The translations under genes were made by a program, and so were the position numbers. Shown piece by piece: positions 40,898 through 49,154 of a stretch of DNA of 53,510 nucleotides. Each line of letters starts with the position of its first letter. Position 1 is the stretch's first letter. The DNA is from Thermoplasmatota archaeon. GTDB lineage: Archaea > Thermoplasmatota > Penumbrarchaeia > Penumbrarchaeales > Penumbrarchaeaceae. The DNA is taken from assembly GCA_965234725.1 (NCBI GenBank), contig CBDDUX010000021.1:1-53510 (forward strand). The letters run 5' to 3'. Under the pieces are notes generated by a model. The model was given only the letters and a program-made list of their open reading frames with translations, had not been told where the DNA came from and ran no database searches.

Positions 40898-41536
40898 ATG
40901 TCCGATGATATCGACAGACTCCTTACCAGGGTCCAAGCGGTATCGATCGGGGTGCTTACCGAAGATTTCTCAAAGATCCATGATCTGATCGCAGTGGCCA
41001 AGGAGATCGGTCCCAGGATCGTAGTAATTGGAAAGGATGATCCACCCCCTGGGGACCTTGACTGTATCCTGATAGATGAAACTGGAAGCTTCCAGATGGA
41101 TGAGATCATTTCCACCAGGATCGTGGAAATGATGGATGATCCGGAGGGGTCCATCCTAAGGGCAATTGCGGTAGCCATGGATGCCATATCCCCAACCATA
41201 CTTGTTGCAGGGATCGATCCAGGTAAAAGACCAGGCCTTGCTTTTCTGGCCGATGGGCGCCTGGTATCGATCTACAAATCATCAGCATCTGAGGATGCTG
41301 TGAAGAGGGTCCTGCTGATGAAGAGAGCTCTCCAACCAGAGGGTTTGCTGGTCAGATTGGGGGATGGAGATCCATTGAACAGGGATGTCGAATTGAATGA
41401 ACTTTTCAAGGCGGGTCTATCTGTTGAGATCGTAGATGAGAGTATGACCACCACCTCGAGGAGATTTCGTGACGAGACCTCCGCCGTTGCAATAGCGATC
41501 ACACCTGGATCTCCGGTAATAAACAAAGATATTTGA
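40898..41536 (+). CDS. RNase H-fold (YqgF/RuvX-like) protein
   Basis: VAGIDPGKRPGLA, VRLGDG, IVDESMTT, RDETSAVAIA motif series. Confidence 0.7.
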   Translation: MSDDIDRLLTRVQAVSIGVLTEDFSKIHDLIAVAKEIGPRIVVIGKDDPPPGDLDCILIDETGSFQMDEIISTRIVEMMDDPEGSILRAIAVAMDAISPTILVAGIDPGKRPGLAFLADGRLVSIYKSSASEDAVKRVLLMKRALQPEGLLVRLGDGDPLNRDVELNELFKAGLSVEIVDESMTTTSRRFRDETSAVAIAITPGSPVINKDI

Positions 41537-41562
41537 GTATCAGCGGATATATCTCCAACATC

Positions 41563-41574
41563 AACCTTTTTAAA
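41563..41574 (+). promoter_or_regulatory. Putative BRE/TATA box of cdc48
   Basis: AACCTTTTTAAA upstream of SD AAGGAGG and TTG 41627. Confidence 0.5.
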
Positions 41575-41626
41575 CGTCATTGGTTATCGATATGATAGAT
41601 ATCTGTTATTATGAAGGAGGGTCACG

Positions 41627-43831
41627 TTGAAGGACAAGATCGAGCTCAGGGTGGAACCCACGTTGAAGAACGATGTGGGTTACATGAGGGCAAGACTATG
41701 CACCGCTACAAGGGAACAGCTCAACGTATCCCCGGGTGATATTATCAGGATCAAGGGGAAAAAGGAGACTGCTGCCGTGGTCTGGAGAGCCCCCATCCAG
41801 GATGAGAACAAAGATATGATCCGGATAGATGGGATCACGAGGAAGAACGCAGATATCTCGATAGGGGACAAGGTGGAGATCACAAAGGTCGAGCCAAAAC
41901 CAGCGGAGAAGATCAACATATCACCTGCAATTAAGGACCTCCCACAGCTTCAGTTTGCGAATGGAATAGATAATTTCATCAAGAAATCGCTGCTCAAAAG
42001 GCCGGTCCACAAGGGTGATACACTGATCATTCAGGGCATTGCTTTGATGGGGAGCCAACTACCATTCATCGTGTCCTCCACAAAACCTGCTGGAATAGTC
42101 CAGGTCAATGTTGACACTCAGATCAAGATATCAAAAGAGTCCATTGTCGAGGATATCGTCTCAAGGGTCGTATATGAGGACATAGGGGGCCTCAGGGAAG
42201 AGCTGGCCAGGGTTAGGGAGATCATTGAACTTCCTTTGAAACATCCGGAGCTCTTTGACAGACTCGGTATAAAACCCCCAAAAGGTGTTCTGCTTCATGG
42301 ACCCCCTGGAACCGGAAAGACCCTTATCGCCAAGGCTGTTGCTACAGAAAGCGGTGCCTCATTCTATTCCATCCAGGGACCCGAGATAATGAACAAATAT
42401 TACGGTCAGACCGAAGAGAATCTCAGGAACAAGTTCCAGGAAGCGGCTGAAAACCTCCCTGCCATTATTTTCATTGACGAGATCGATTCCATTGCTCCAA
42501 AAAGGGACGAGGTAAAGGGAGAGGTCGAAAGAAGGGTCGTAGCTCAATTATTGACATTAATGGACGGCCTGGAGGAAAAGGGCAGATTGATAGTCATAGC
42601 TGCTACGAACAGGGTAGATCATATCGATTCCGCCCTGAGGAGACCCGGACGTTTCGACCGTGAAATTGAGATCGGGGTTCCGGACCGGCCCTCCAGGGTA
42701 GAGATCCTTCAGGTACATACAAGGAACATGCCCCTTTCGGATGACGTGGACCTCGATGATCTGGCCGATATCACCCATGGATTTGTTGGTGCGGACCTTG
42801 CTGCCCTATCAAGGGAAAGTGCAATGAAATCATTGAGAAGGTACCTCCCAGACATCGACCTGGACGGACCCATCTCCTCCGAGATCCTTGTAAGGATCGA
42901 GGTTACAATGTCTGACTTCAAAGAAGCCCTTAAAGAAGTTGAACCCTCGGCCATGAGGGAGGTGCTAATAGAGGTCCCAAGGGTTCCTTGGGATGCGGTT
43001 GGCGGCTTGAGTGAGGTCAAACAGATGCTTAAAGAGACCATCGAATGGCCTATGACCAACCCCGGATCCTTCAAGAAGATGGGAGTGAAACCACCAAGGG
43101 GCGTACTTCTTTATGGTCCACCTGGAACGGGAAAGACCCTGCTTGCAAAAGCTGTTGCAACAGATACGAATGCCAATTTCATATCCATCAAAGGACCTGA
43201 GGTCCTTTCCAAATGGGTGGGGGAATCCGAGAAAGCGGTAAGGGAGATCTTCAAGAAAGCAAAGCAGGTTGCTCCGTGTATCATATTCCTGGATGAGATA
43301 GATGCCATAGCTCCCAGAAGATCCTCCGGAACCCATGAACACGTCTCCGAGAGATTGGTCAACCAACTTCTAACTTCCATGGATGGTATAGAGGAGACCG
43401 TCGGGGTGATCGTCCTTGCAGCAACCAACCGCCCGGATATCCTGGACCAGGCCCTTCTCCGGAGCGGGAGGTTTGACAGGATGATATTCATCGGACCTCC
43501 TGGTCCAGTTGAAAGACATGCCATCTTGAAGGTCCATACCAAGGATATGCCACTTGCAAAGGATGTTGATATCGAGGACCTTGCTGTAAGGATGGAAGGT
43601 TTCACCGGAGCCGATATTGAAGGGATCTGCAGGGAAGCTGCCATCATTGCACTCAGGGAGGACCTTTCTTCCAATATCGTCAAGGCCTATCATTTCGAAG
43701 AGGCTTTGAAAGATGCGAGGCCGTCCGTTGACGATCGGACAGTGGAAGCATATAAGCAGATAATGGAGGAGTGGAAGGGCGGAATAAATAAGAAGGAGAA
43801 ACAAGATAAAGGCATCGATTACTACGGATAA
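41627..43831 (+). CDS. cdc48: CDC48/VAT AAA+ ATPase
   Basis: N-domain plus two AAA modules (GPPGTGKT twice, [36 protein letters not shown]); C-terminal YYG HbYX motif. Confidence 0.97.
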   Translation: MKDKIELRVEPTLKNDVGYMRARLCTATREQLNVSPGDIIRIKGKKETAAVVWRAPIQDENKDMIRIDGITRKNADISIGDKVEITKVEPKPAEKINISPAIKDLPQLQFANGIDNFIKKSLLKRPVHKGDTLIIQGIALMGSQLPFIVSSTKPAGIVQVNVDTQIKISKESIVEDIVSRVVYEDIGGLREELARVREIIELPLKHPELFDRLGIKPPKGVLLHGPPGTGKTLIAKAVATESGASFYSIQGPEIMNKYYGQTEENLRNKFQEAAENLPAIIFIDEIDSIAPKRDEVKGEVERRVVAQLLTLMDGLEEKGRLIVIAATNRVDHIDSALRRPGRFDREIEIGVPDRPSRVEILQVHTRNMPLSDDVDLDDLADITHGFVGADLAALSRESAMKSLRRYLPDIDLDGPISSEILVRIEVTMSDFKEALKEVEPSAMREVLIEVPRVPWDAVGGLSEVKQMLKETIEWPMTNPGSFKKMGVKPPRGVLLYGPPGTGKTLLAKAVATDTNANFISIKGPEVLSKWVGESEKAVREIFKKAKQVAPCIIFLDEIDAIAPRRSSGTHEHVSERLVNQLLTSMDGIEETVGVIVLAATNRPDILDQALLRSGRFDRMIFIGPPGPVERHAILKVHTKDMPLAKDVDIEDLAVRMEGFTGADIEGICREAAIIALREDLSSNIVKAYHFEEALKDARPSVDDRTVEAYKQIMEEWKGGINKKEKQDKGIDYYG

Positions 43832-43853
43832 TATGAATATGGGGTGACGATTA

Positions 43854-44096
43854 ATGAGGTTCTTCGCCAATGAAATTCAGGATAAATATGTCATGTCTAG
43901 CGACGGGAAGTACCTCGGCCAGGTGGACAACCTCGTTGTCGACACCAAGACCGGGAAGGTTCTTCATTTACTGGTACTCCCATCCGAAGAAGTCGATATC
44001 AGGAAGTTCAGGCTTGACTCACAGCAGAGACTTGTCTTACCTTTCAACAAGGTCAAATCCATCAAGGATGTCCTGATAATGTCCTCACTGGATTAA
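43854..44096 (+). CDS. PRC-barrel domain protein
   Basis: KYVMSSDGKYLGQVDNLVVDTKTGKVLHLLV...LPFNKVKSIKDVLI; 80 aa. Confidence 0.88.
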   Translation: MRFFANEIQDKYVMSSDGKYLGQVDNLVVDTKTGKVLHLLVLPSEEVDIRKFRLDSQQRLVLPFNKVKSIKDVLIMSSLD

Positions 44097-44132
44097 GCGC
44101 CCCGCTGTCCACCAGGGTGGAGCAAAGGAGGG

Positions 44133-44843
44133 GTGGAAATGGATATTATTGATATTCCCAAGCTATCAAAGGGATTTACCCTCATACCATCATTGGCAGT
44201 GATAGGCAAGACCCCTGTGTGGGTCAAAGATGGAAAATACAATCCTATAAGGTTCGATAACAGGACCGTATCTCCCGAGGCCATAGCACTTGCCTTTTCA
44301 AAGGTCTATGAAACCATTCATTATCTGGATATTTCAGGGATCAGGAACGGCAAAGTGGAATGGAACACATTCCAGGCTGTGGTCGAATCATCCAAAGAGG
44401 TCTGGGCCGATGTTGGTATAACATTCTCCGAAAGTGTAATAGATCCACTTATGTCCGGAGCCGCCAACGGGATCATCTCCACCAAGATGATACAATCCAT
44501 TGAAGAGATAGCAGCAGCTTTCGAGATGACCGAGAATATTATACTCCAGATCGATTACGATAACGGGATCATCGCAAAGGACCCGGTGATCAAGGATATG
44601 ACCCCCGGAGAACTTGTAAGGGAGATGTCCTCTTTCGGAATGGATTCTTTCATTTTCGAAAACCTCGCCTCTGAAAGGAAAAGTAATTCAAAAGTCCTGA
44701 TCACCCAATTGCTCCAGGCCCTGCCCTCCGGAGGTCGATTATACGCAGGGGTAGAGGAGATCAACGAACTGGGTCCTCTTGACGAACTCGGCCTTGACGG
44801 AGCAATTATATCCATCTCAAGGCTGATGAGGGGATTCTCTTGA
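44133..44843 (+). CDS. HisA/HisF-related TIM-barrel protein
   Basis: LIPSL, IHYLDISG, VWADVGI, GAANGIIST, LQIDY, LYAGV, GLDGAII pattern. Confidence 0.65.
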   Translation: MEMDIIDIPKLSKGFTLIPSLAVIGKTPVWVKDGKYNPIRFDNRTVSPEAIALAFSKVYETIHYLDISGIRNGKVEWNTFQAVVESSKEVWADVGITFSESVIDPLMSGAANGIISTKMIQSIEEIAAAFEMTENIILQIDYDNGIIAKDPVIKDMTPGELVREMSSFGMDSFIFENLASERKSNSKVLITQLLQALPSGGRLYAGVEEINELGPLDELGLDGAIISISRLMRGFS

Positions 44844-45313
44844 CAGACGACCTGAAGATGATAGTCGTATCCATCTTCAAGATGGGCAAGGGTGAATCAC
44901 TGTCAAAAATGGAGATGAGGAACCTCATCGTATACAATCTGAGATGGTTTGGACCGGAGGAAGGGGACAGGATCATACAGGCAGCCTTATCATCAGGAAT
45001 GGTCCAGACAGATAAGGACGGGAATATTACACCGACCTTTGATATCAATGAGATCGATGTGAATGTTGATTATGAACCCCCAAAAGGGTTGGATACCGAG
45101 AAACTTATCAGACCCCTATTCGAAAGACTGATAGAATCAATAACCAGGACCGGGATGGACAGGAAGGAAGCTGTAAGGTCTATCAACAGGAAGGCGGAGG
45201 AATACAATCTGTTATTTCCCTGTGCTGCTCTTTATATTGGCATCGAAAGGGGAGCGAGAATGTCCATGTTCTATGCGGAAGTGGAACATTCCATCAGGTT
45301 CGGGGAGAGGTGA
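44840..45313 (+). CDS. DUF2240-like protein
   Basis: LKMIVVSIFK..GESLS...LRWFGPEEG......A...G.......ITPTFD.....V..DYEP...LFERLIE pattern; start overlaps the upstream stop. Confidence 0.7.
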   Translation: MTDDLKMIVVSIFKMGKGESLSKMEMRNLIVYNLRWFGPEEGDRIIQAALSSGMVQTDKDGNITPTFDINEIDVNVDYEPPKGLDTEKLIRPLFERLIESITRTGMDRKEAVRSINRKAEEYNLLFPCAALYIGIERGARMSMFYAEVEHSIRFGER

Positions 45314-46956
45314 ACTTGTCAGAGGAACTGACTGCCCTGAACCTTGAGGAAGCTTGTCATGATGTCAGGAAGGGTGATAGTAGGTCAATTGACAGATTAT
45401 GCCTTCCTTATATTCGAAAAAAAAAGGGATTACTTACCTTCCTGAGGGGTGATCCCGATCGATCATCGTTACAGCCAGTGGAACTCATAGCCTCATCAGA
45501 AGCATTGCAAACAGTTGGTCTTTACAGAGAGGCTGTCCATCCACTTGATGAACTTGTAAAGAGGGCGGGAAATGCTCATCGAATAAAGGACCTGGCGCTT
45601 GCCAGGGCCGGACAGATCGCGTTGTCAAGGGGGCTTCCTCTGGATCTTGGACCTATAATCTCTGAACTCGGCCTCTCCAATCGTGATCTGGAGTCAGCTA
45701 TGATCAGAATGCGATCCAATAGGGGGAAAAAGGAACCATTGATCGAGATGGAGAAGGACCTCTTACAGTCCATGCTTCTCCATCAGAGGACCTCCTGGAT
45801 CGAATCCGGCATCCTGTCCTCCGGACATCTGAGAGCAGCCCACCAAGGTTTCATGAAGGCCAAGGAATTGGCTCGATCGCTTCCATCGGAAATTACATAT
45901 CATCACCAGGCGAGATGTCTTCTTCTATCGGGAAGGTTTCTTCTTGATATAGGAGATCATGAACAAGGGATGGAAGAGATACGAAAGGCCCTTTCGATCT
46001 CGAGGGATATCGGTTCGATCATCTTGATCCTGGAATGTTTGCTTTCGATAGGTGCATGGACAGAGGATGATGCAAAAGCAGGTGAAGCACTAAAAGAAGC
46101 CCAGGATATTGCCTTGAAGATAAGGAATAGCAGATCCATGGCAGATGCGGGATCGATATTGGGGAAGAGAATGTGCAGGGTAGGTGAAAAGGAAGGGGTC
46201 GATAGGATCCTGCACTCAGCCGGGATCCTGAAGGAGGTCACATCTGCTTTGGACGCTGCCGTGGAGGTCTCCGAAGCTTCTCTATGGTCCATAAGATTGG
46301 GTGACCCTCAAAGAGGTATCGATCTGGCTAGAACTGCTTACAAGGACCTAAGGGCTACCCATGAAAAAGAGATCCTTACACGGACCTTGTCAATACTCTT
46401 CTATGGATATCTGGCCTCTGACGAAAGGAAGAAGGCAAAGAAACTGCTCATTGATATCATAACCAACCATTCTGTTAAACGGTTCCCCGAGAGTTTCTCC
46501 ATATTGAAAGAAGCTGTCAGGGATGTCGCATGGCTCAGAGAGGATCCGGACACCAAGGAACTATTTGAGGAAGAGACCGTTTATCTGATCGAAAGGGGAG
46601 CATTGGAAGAGGTCAAAACAAGGGCAAGGGAGGCCTACCCCAACGAGTTCGGAGCGATGCTGAGGGGGATCGAAAGGATTACACACATCGAACCAATAAT
46701 GGAGGGCTCCGCGAACAGGTCAACGTTCATGTTCTCCATGTTTTCAAGGTTCAGCCAACGAGAGGTTCCAGGAGAAGGTGTTGTTCATTCTCACCCTTCT
46801 GGTTCTGCCAGACCTTCAATGGCCGATGTATCTCTCTTTGGAAGGTTCCCCGGGATAAATATCATAATTGCATATCCTTTCGAAGATGATTCAATGGCAG
46901 CTTATGACAGAATGGGGAATCGGGTCAAGTTGAAGATAGCAGAAAGGGGAAAATGA
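45310..46956 (+). CDS. TPR-like helical repeat protein with a C-terminal JAB1/MPN+ (JAMM) metalloprotease domain
   Basis: AREAYPNEFGAML...VHSHPSGSARPSMADV (E...HxH...S..D); N-terminal ~420 aa of A/L-rich TPR-like helices. Confidence 0.85.
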   Translation: MNLSEELTALNLEEACHDVRKGDSRSIDRLCLPYIRKKKGLLTFLRGDPDRSSLQPVELIASSEALQTVGLYREAVHPLDELVKRAGNAHRIKDLALARAGQIALSRGLPLDLGPIISELGLSNRDLESAMIRMRSNRGKKEPLIEMEKDLLQSMLLHQRTSWIESGILSSGHLRAAHQGFMKAKELARSLPSEITYHHQARCLLLSGRFLLDIGDHEQGMEEIRKALSISRDIGSIILILECLLSIGAWTEDDAKAGEALKEAQDIALKIRNSRSMADAGSILGKRMCRVGEKEGVDRILHSAGILKEVTSALDAAVEVSEASLWSIRLGDPQRGIDLARTAYKDLRATHEKEILTRTLSILFYGYLASDERKKAKKLLIDIITNHSVKRFPESFSILKEAVRDVAWLREDPDTKELFEEETVYLIERGALEEVKTRAREAYPNEFGAMLRGIERITHIEPIMEGSANRSTFMFSMFSRFSQREVPGEGVVHSHPSGSARPSMADVSLFGRFPGINIIIAYPFEDDSMAAYDRMGNRVKLKIAERGK

Positions 46957-47083
46957 ACATAAGAAGGAGCAGCAGTGGAACATCTTCCTCGCGCACGAGT
47001 CGGCTCCACTGCAGGAACGGAGTGGGGTTTGAAATAGGGGATTGAGAGTGTGTGGGTTAAAAATTAAAGTATCACTCCGCACT
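46955..47083 (-). ncRNA. Candidate small RNA with a k-turn
   Basis: TATA box at 47113-47106; stem GCGGAGUG/CACUCCGU; second stem GCAGUGGAGC/GUUCCACUGC enclosing C-GA-CUCG-UGCG-CGAG-GAA-GA-U. G-U pairs form only on the minus strand. Confidence 0.6.
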
Positions 47084-47105
47084 GAATATATTCACCCAAG
47101 GAGTA

Positions 47106-47121
47106 TATATAAATTCTAATT
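47106..47121 (-). promoter_or_regulatory. BRE/TATA promoter of the candidate sRNA
   Basis: AATTAGAA-TTTATATA, centred ~26-27 nt upstream of 47083. Confidence 0.55.
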
Positions 47122-47271
47122 GAATATTTGAAACGTTATTTAAATATGTTAGAAAGTCCGCTTACAATATGTATAACGGTGTATATCACTAAAAAATCCC
47201 ATTTCTTATTACGGACAGATGAATAAACCAGCATTTTTACCTAACCCAATGATCTCAACTAACTCCGCCTC

Positions 47272-47291
47272 ATTTCAATGCTCATTGAAAT
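47272..47291. other. Perfect inverted repeat ATTTCAATG-CT-CATTGAAAT
   Basis: 9-bp arms with a 2-nt spacer just past the DsrE-family stop codon; possible protein-binding site. Confidence 0.45.
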
Positions 47292-47292
47292 A

Positions 47293-47637
47293 TTAGAAGG
47301 TAAGGACCTTGTCTCCTCTTTTCAATTTTTCTGTCAAGGGTTTACCCATGTAGATGACCTCCACCCCTATTCGCTCGAGTCCTTCAGTGAGGTCCAAATG
47401 GTCGGTGCATGCTTTGCAGGCTGTCACCTTGACACCGCTACTGATCATATGGGAAAGTCTCACATTTATCTCCTCATCATTGACAGCAAGTCTTGCAGAA
47501 GGACCCCAGATGCAAAGCTCCACATCATCGAACCATCCATGGAGCTTTGAGTTCAGTGCATAGACAAGGACCGTTTCTATGGCCACTTCCCTGTCCCCTG
47601 AGGACCAAAGGATGAACAATTTACCTTGCTCTGCCAT
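47293..47637 (-). CDS. DsrE-family protein
   Basis: LFILWSSGDRE...YALNSKLHGWFDDVELCIWGPSA...VTACKACTD...YMGKPLTEKLK. Confidence 0.88.
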   Translation of the reverse strand: MAEQGKLFILWSSGDREVAIETVLVYALNSKLHGWFDDVELCIWGPSARLAVNDEEINVRLSHMISSGVKVTACKACTDHLDLTEGLERIGVEVIYMGKPLTEKLKRGDKVLTF

Positions 47638-47680
47638 GGGCCCTGCATATATTGGCAATTACTTAATCCAAACGGAGATC

Positions 47681-48742
47681 TCATGCCCTGTTCAAAAGAT
47701 ATGATGCAAGTTCCATAAGGAAATCCTTGACCTCATGGTCCAGGTCAGAGGATACAAGGGCCCCGAGACCTTTGGCATTGAGGTCCTTCGCCATCTTTCT
47801 GGAATACTCTTCACTTCCACAAGTTCTGATCATGGACCTAATGACTTCGGCTTCTTCAACAGTCAGTTCCTTGTTCCCGAGACCATCATTGATTATCCTC
47901 CTTTCTTCCTCGGAAACAAGTTCCAGAGCTTTCATTATAAGCAGGGTCCTCTTTCCCTCCTTGATATCTGCAAGGTCCTCCTTTCCGCCTCTTTTGGGAT
48001 CACCGTAGAAACCGAGAATATCATCAATGATCTGAAATGCAATACCCATGGGTATTGCAAAATCGGTTAGGGCCTTGAACTGTTCCTCTGAAGCTCCGTG
48101 AAGTGCAGCGCCGATATGAAGCGGCCCTTCAAGTGTATACCTGGCGGTCTTGTACTTCTGGACCTTCAATACCAACTCCTCGGTCCATTCGGGAAGGGCC
48201 TCGCTGTATATATCCAGGATCTGACCGTAACCAGTGTCCCTGATCATATCTGCCTGCAATCGAAGGGCTTCCAGGATCCTGTCAGATGGGAATCCCGATG
48301 AGATAAGTGCCTTTTCCCCGAGGGATTCCGCCAGATCCCCTGCAATGATCGAAATGTTGTATCCGAATTTCACAGGATCTCCCCTGTATCCGGATCCGGT
48401 GTGTAATTCTTCCATGAGTTTGTGGAACGAGGGTGCCCCTCTTCTTTCGGGGGATTCATCGATGATATCGTCATGGATCAGAAGCATTGACTGTATGAGT
48501 TCAAGGGAAACCGATGCCTTCCTTGCCCTGTCCAGGTCTTTTCCCCCCACTGCCTGGTATCCCTTGGTGACAAGGATCGATCTGACCCGCTTCCCTCCTC
48601 GGAGGGTATATTCCTTGATCAGTTCAAGGACCTTGGAAGCATTGTTATCATTGATGATCTGGGTCATTTCCTGGTCCATGAAGCTCTGAATATGGGCCTC
48701 GATCTTATTCCTCTCAGCCGAAATGACATCCTTGAACACCAT
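47681..48742 (-). CDS. Polyprenyl diphosphate synthase (probable GGPP synthase)
   Basis: GGKRVR, FARM LIHDDIIDESPERRG, GQILD, KTARYT, SARM FQIIDDILG, DIKEGKRT. Confidence 0.93.
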   Translation of the reverse strand: MVFKDVISAERNKIEAHIQSFMDQEMTQIINDNNASKVLELIKEYTLRGGKRVRSILVTKGYQAVGGKDLDRARKASVSLELIQSMLLIHDDIIDESPERRGAPSFHKLMEELHTGSGYRGDPVKFGYNISIIAGDLAESLGEKALISSGFPSDRILEALRLQADMIRDTGYGQILDIYSEALPEWTEELVLKVQKYKTARYTLEGPLHIGAALHGASEEQFKALTDFAIPMGIAFQIIDDILGFYGDPKRGGKEDLADIKEGKRTLLIMKALELVSEEERRIINDGLGNKELTVEEAEVIRSMIRTCGSEEYSRKMAKDLNAKGLGALVSSDLDHEVKDFLMELASYLLNRA

Positions 48743-48881
48743 TTTTTCACCTTGTTACCCGGAGATAAAGGATATGGGATATGAGCATTGCGCAGGGATG
48801 CGTCCTTCATCAGTTCTTTCCCCCGGGAATTATATAGATAATTTAATTTATTAAGAAGATCAATGTTTTTACAGGGATAAT

Positions 48882-49142
48882 ATGTCAACTTTATTGACGA
48901 ATACGTGGATGGAAGGTGTCAGAACTAACCTGCCCAAATGCCCGGCATGCGGAGGGGAGGTCGAGTACGGATACCTCGTATCAAAGGAGACCATACAGTG
49001 GGCAGGGAATATCAACGGGAACAGGTTCACAGATCTGGAGAAACCAGTCACCGGGCCATTCAAGAAACCACTGGGTGTTGCACTTGCCAGGTGTCATGCC
49101 TGCAAATTGATGATAACCGTCTATCCTCCGGAAAGACCCTGA
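48882..49142 (+). CDS. Small zinc-ribbon protein (PF20097-like)
   Basis: KCPACGGEVEYGYL...ARCHACKLM. Confidence 0.75.
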   Translation: MSTLLTNTWMEGVRTNLPKCPACGGEVEYGYLVSKETIQWAGNINGNRFTDLEKPVTGPFKKPLGVALARCHACKLMITVYPPERP

Positions 49143-49154
49143 GGATCCCTGACA

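Noticed and set aside
46891-47082. 63-aa minus-strand ORF (MRSDTLIF...) over the sRNA candidate
   Set aside because: No recognisable motif, and it overlaps the JAMM gene antisense; the RNA structure explains the sequence better. A leaderless peptide is not fully excluded.
47084-47292. AT-rich intergenic region as a replication origin for the DnaA-like protein
   Set aside because: No repeated TTATCCACA boxes or ORB elements seen, and the protein lacks the DnaA-box-binding domain.
48806-48813. CUGAUGA as a hammerhead ribozyme core or C/D box C
   Set aside because: No GAAA after a stem II and no downstream CUGA box D.
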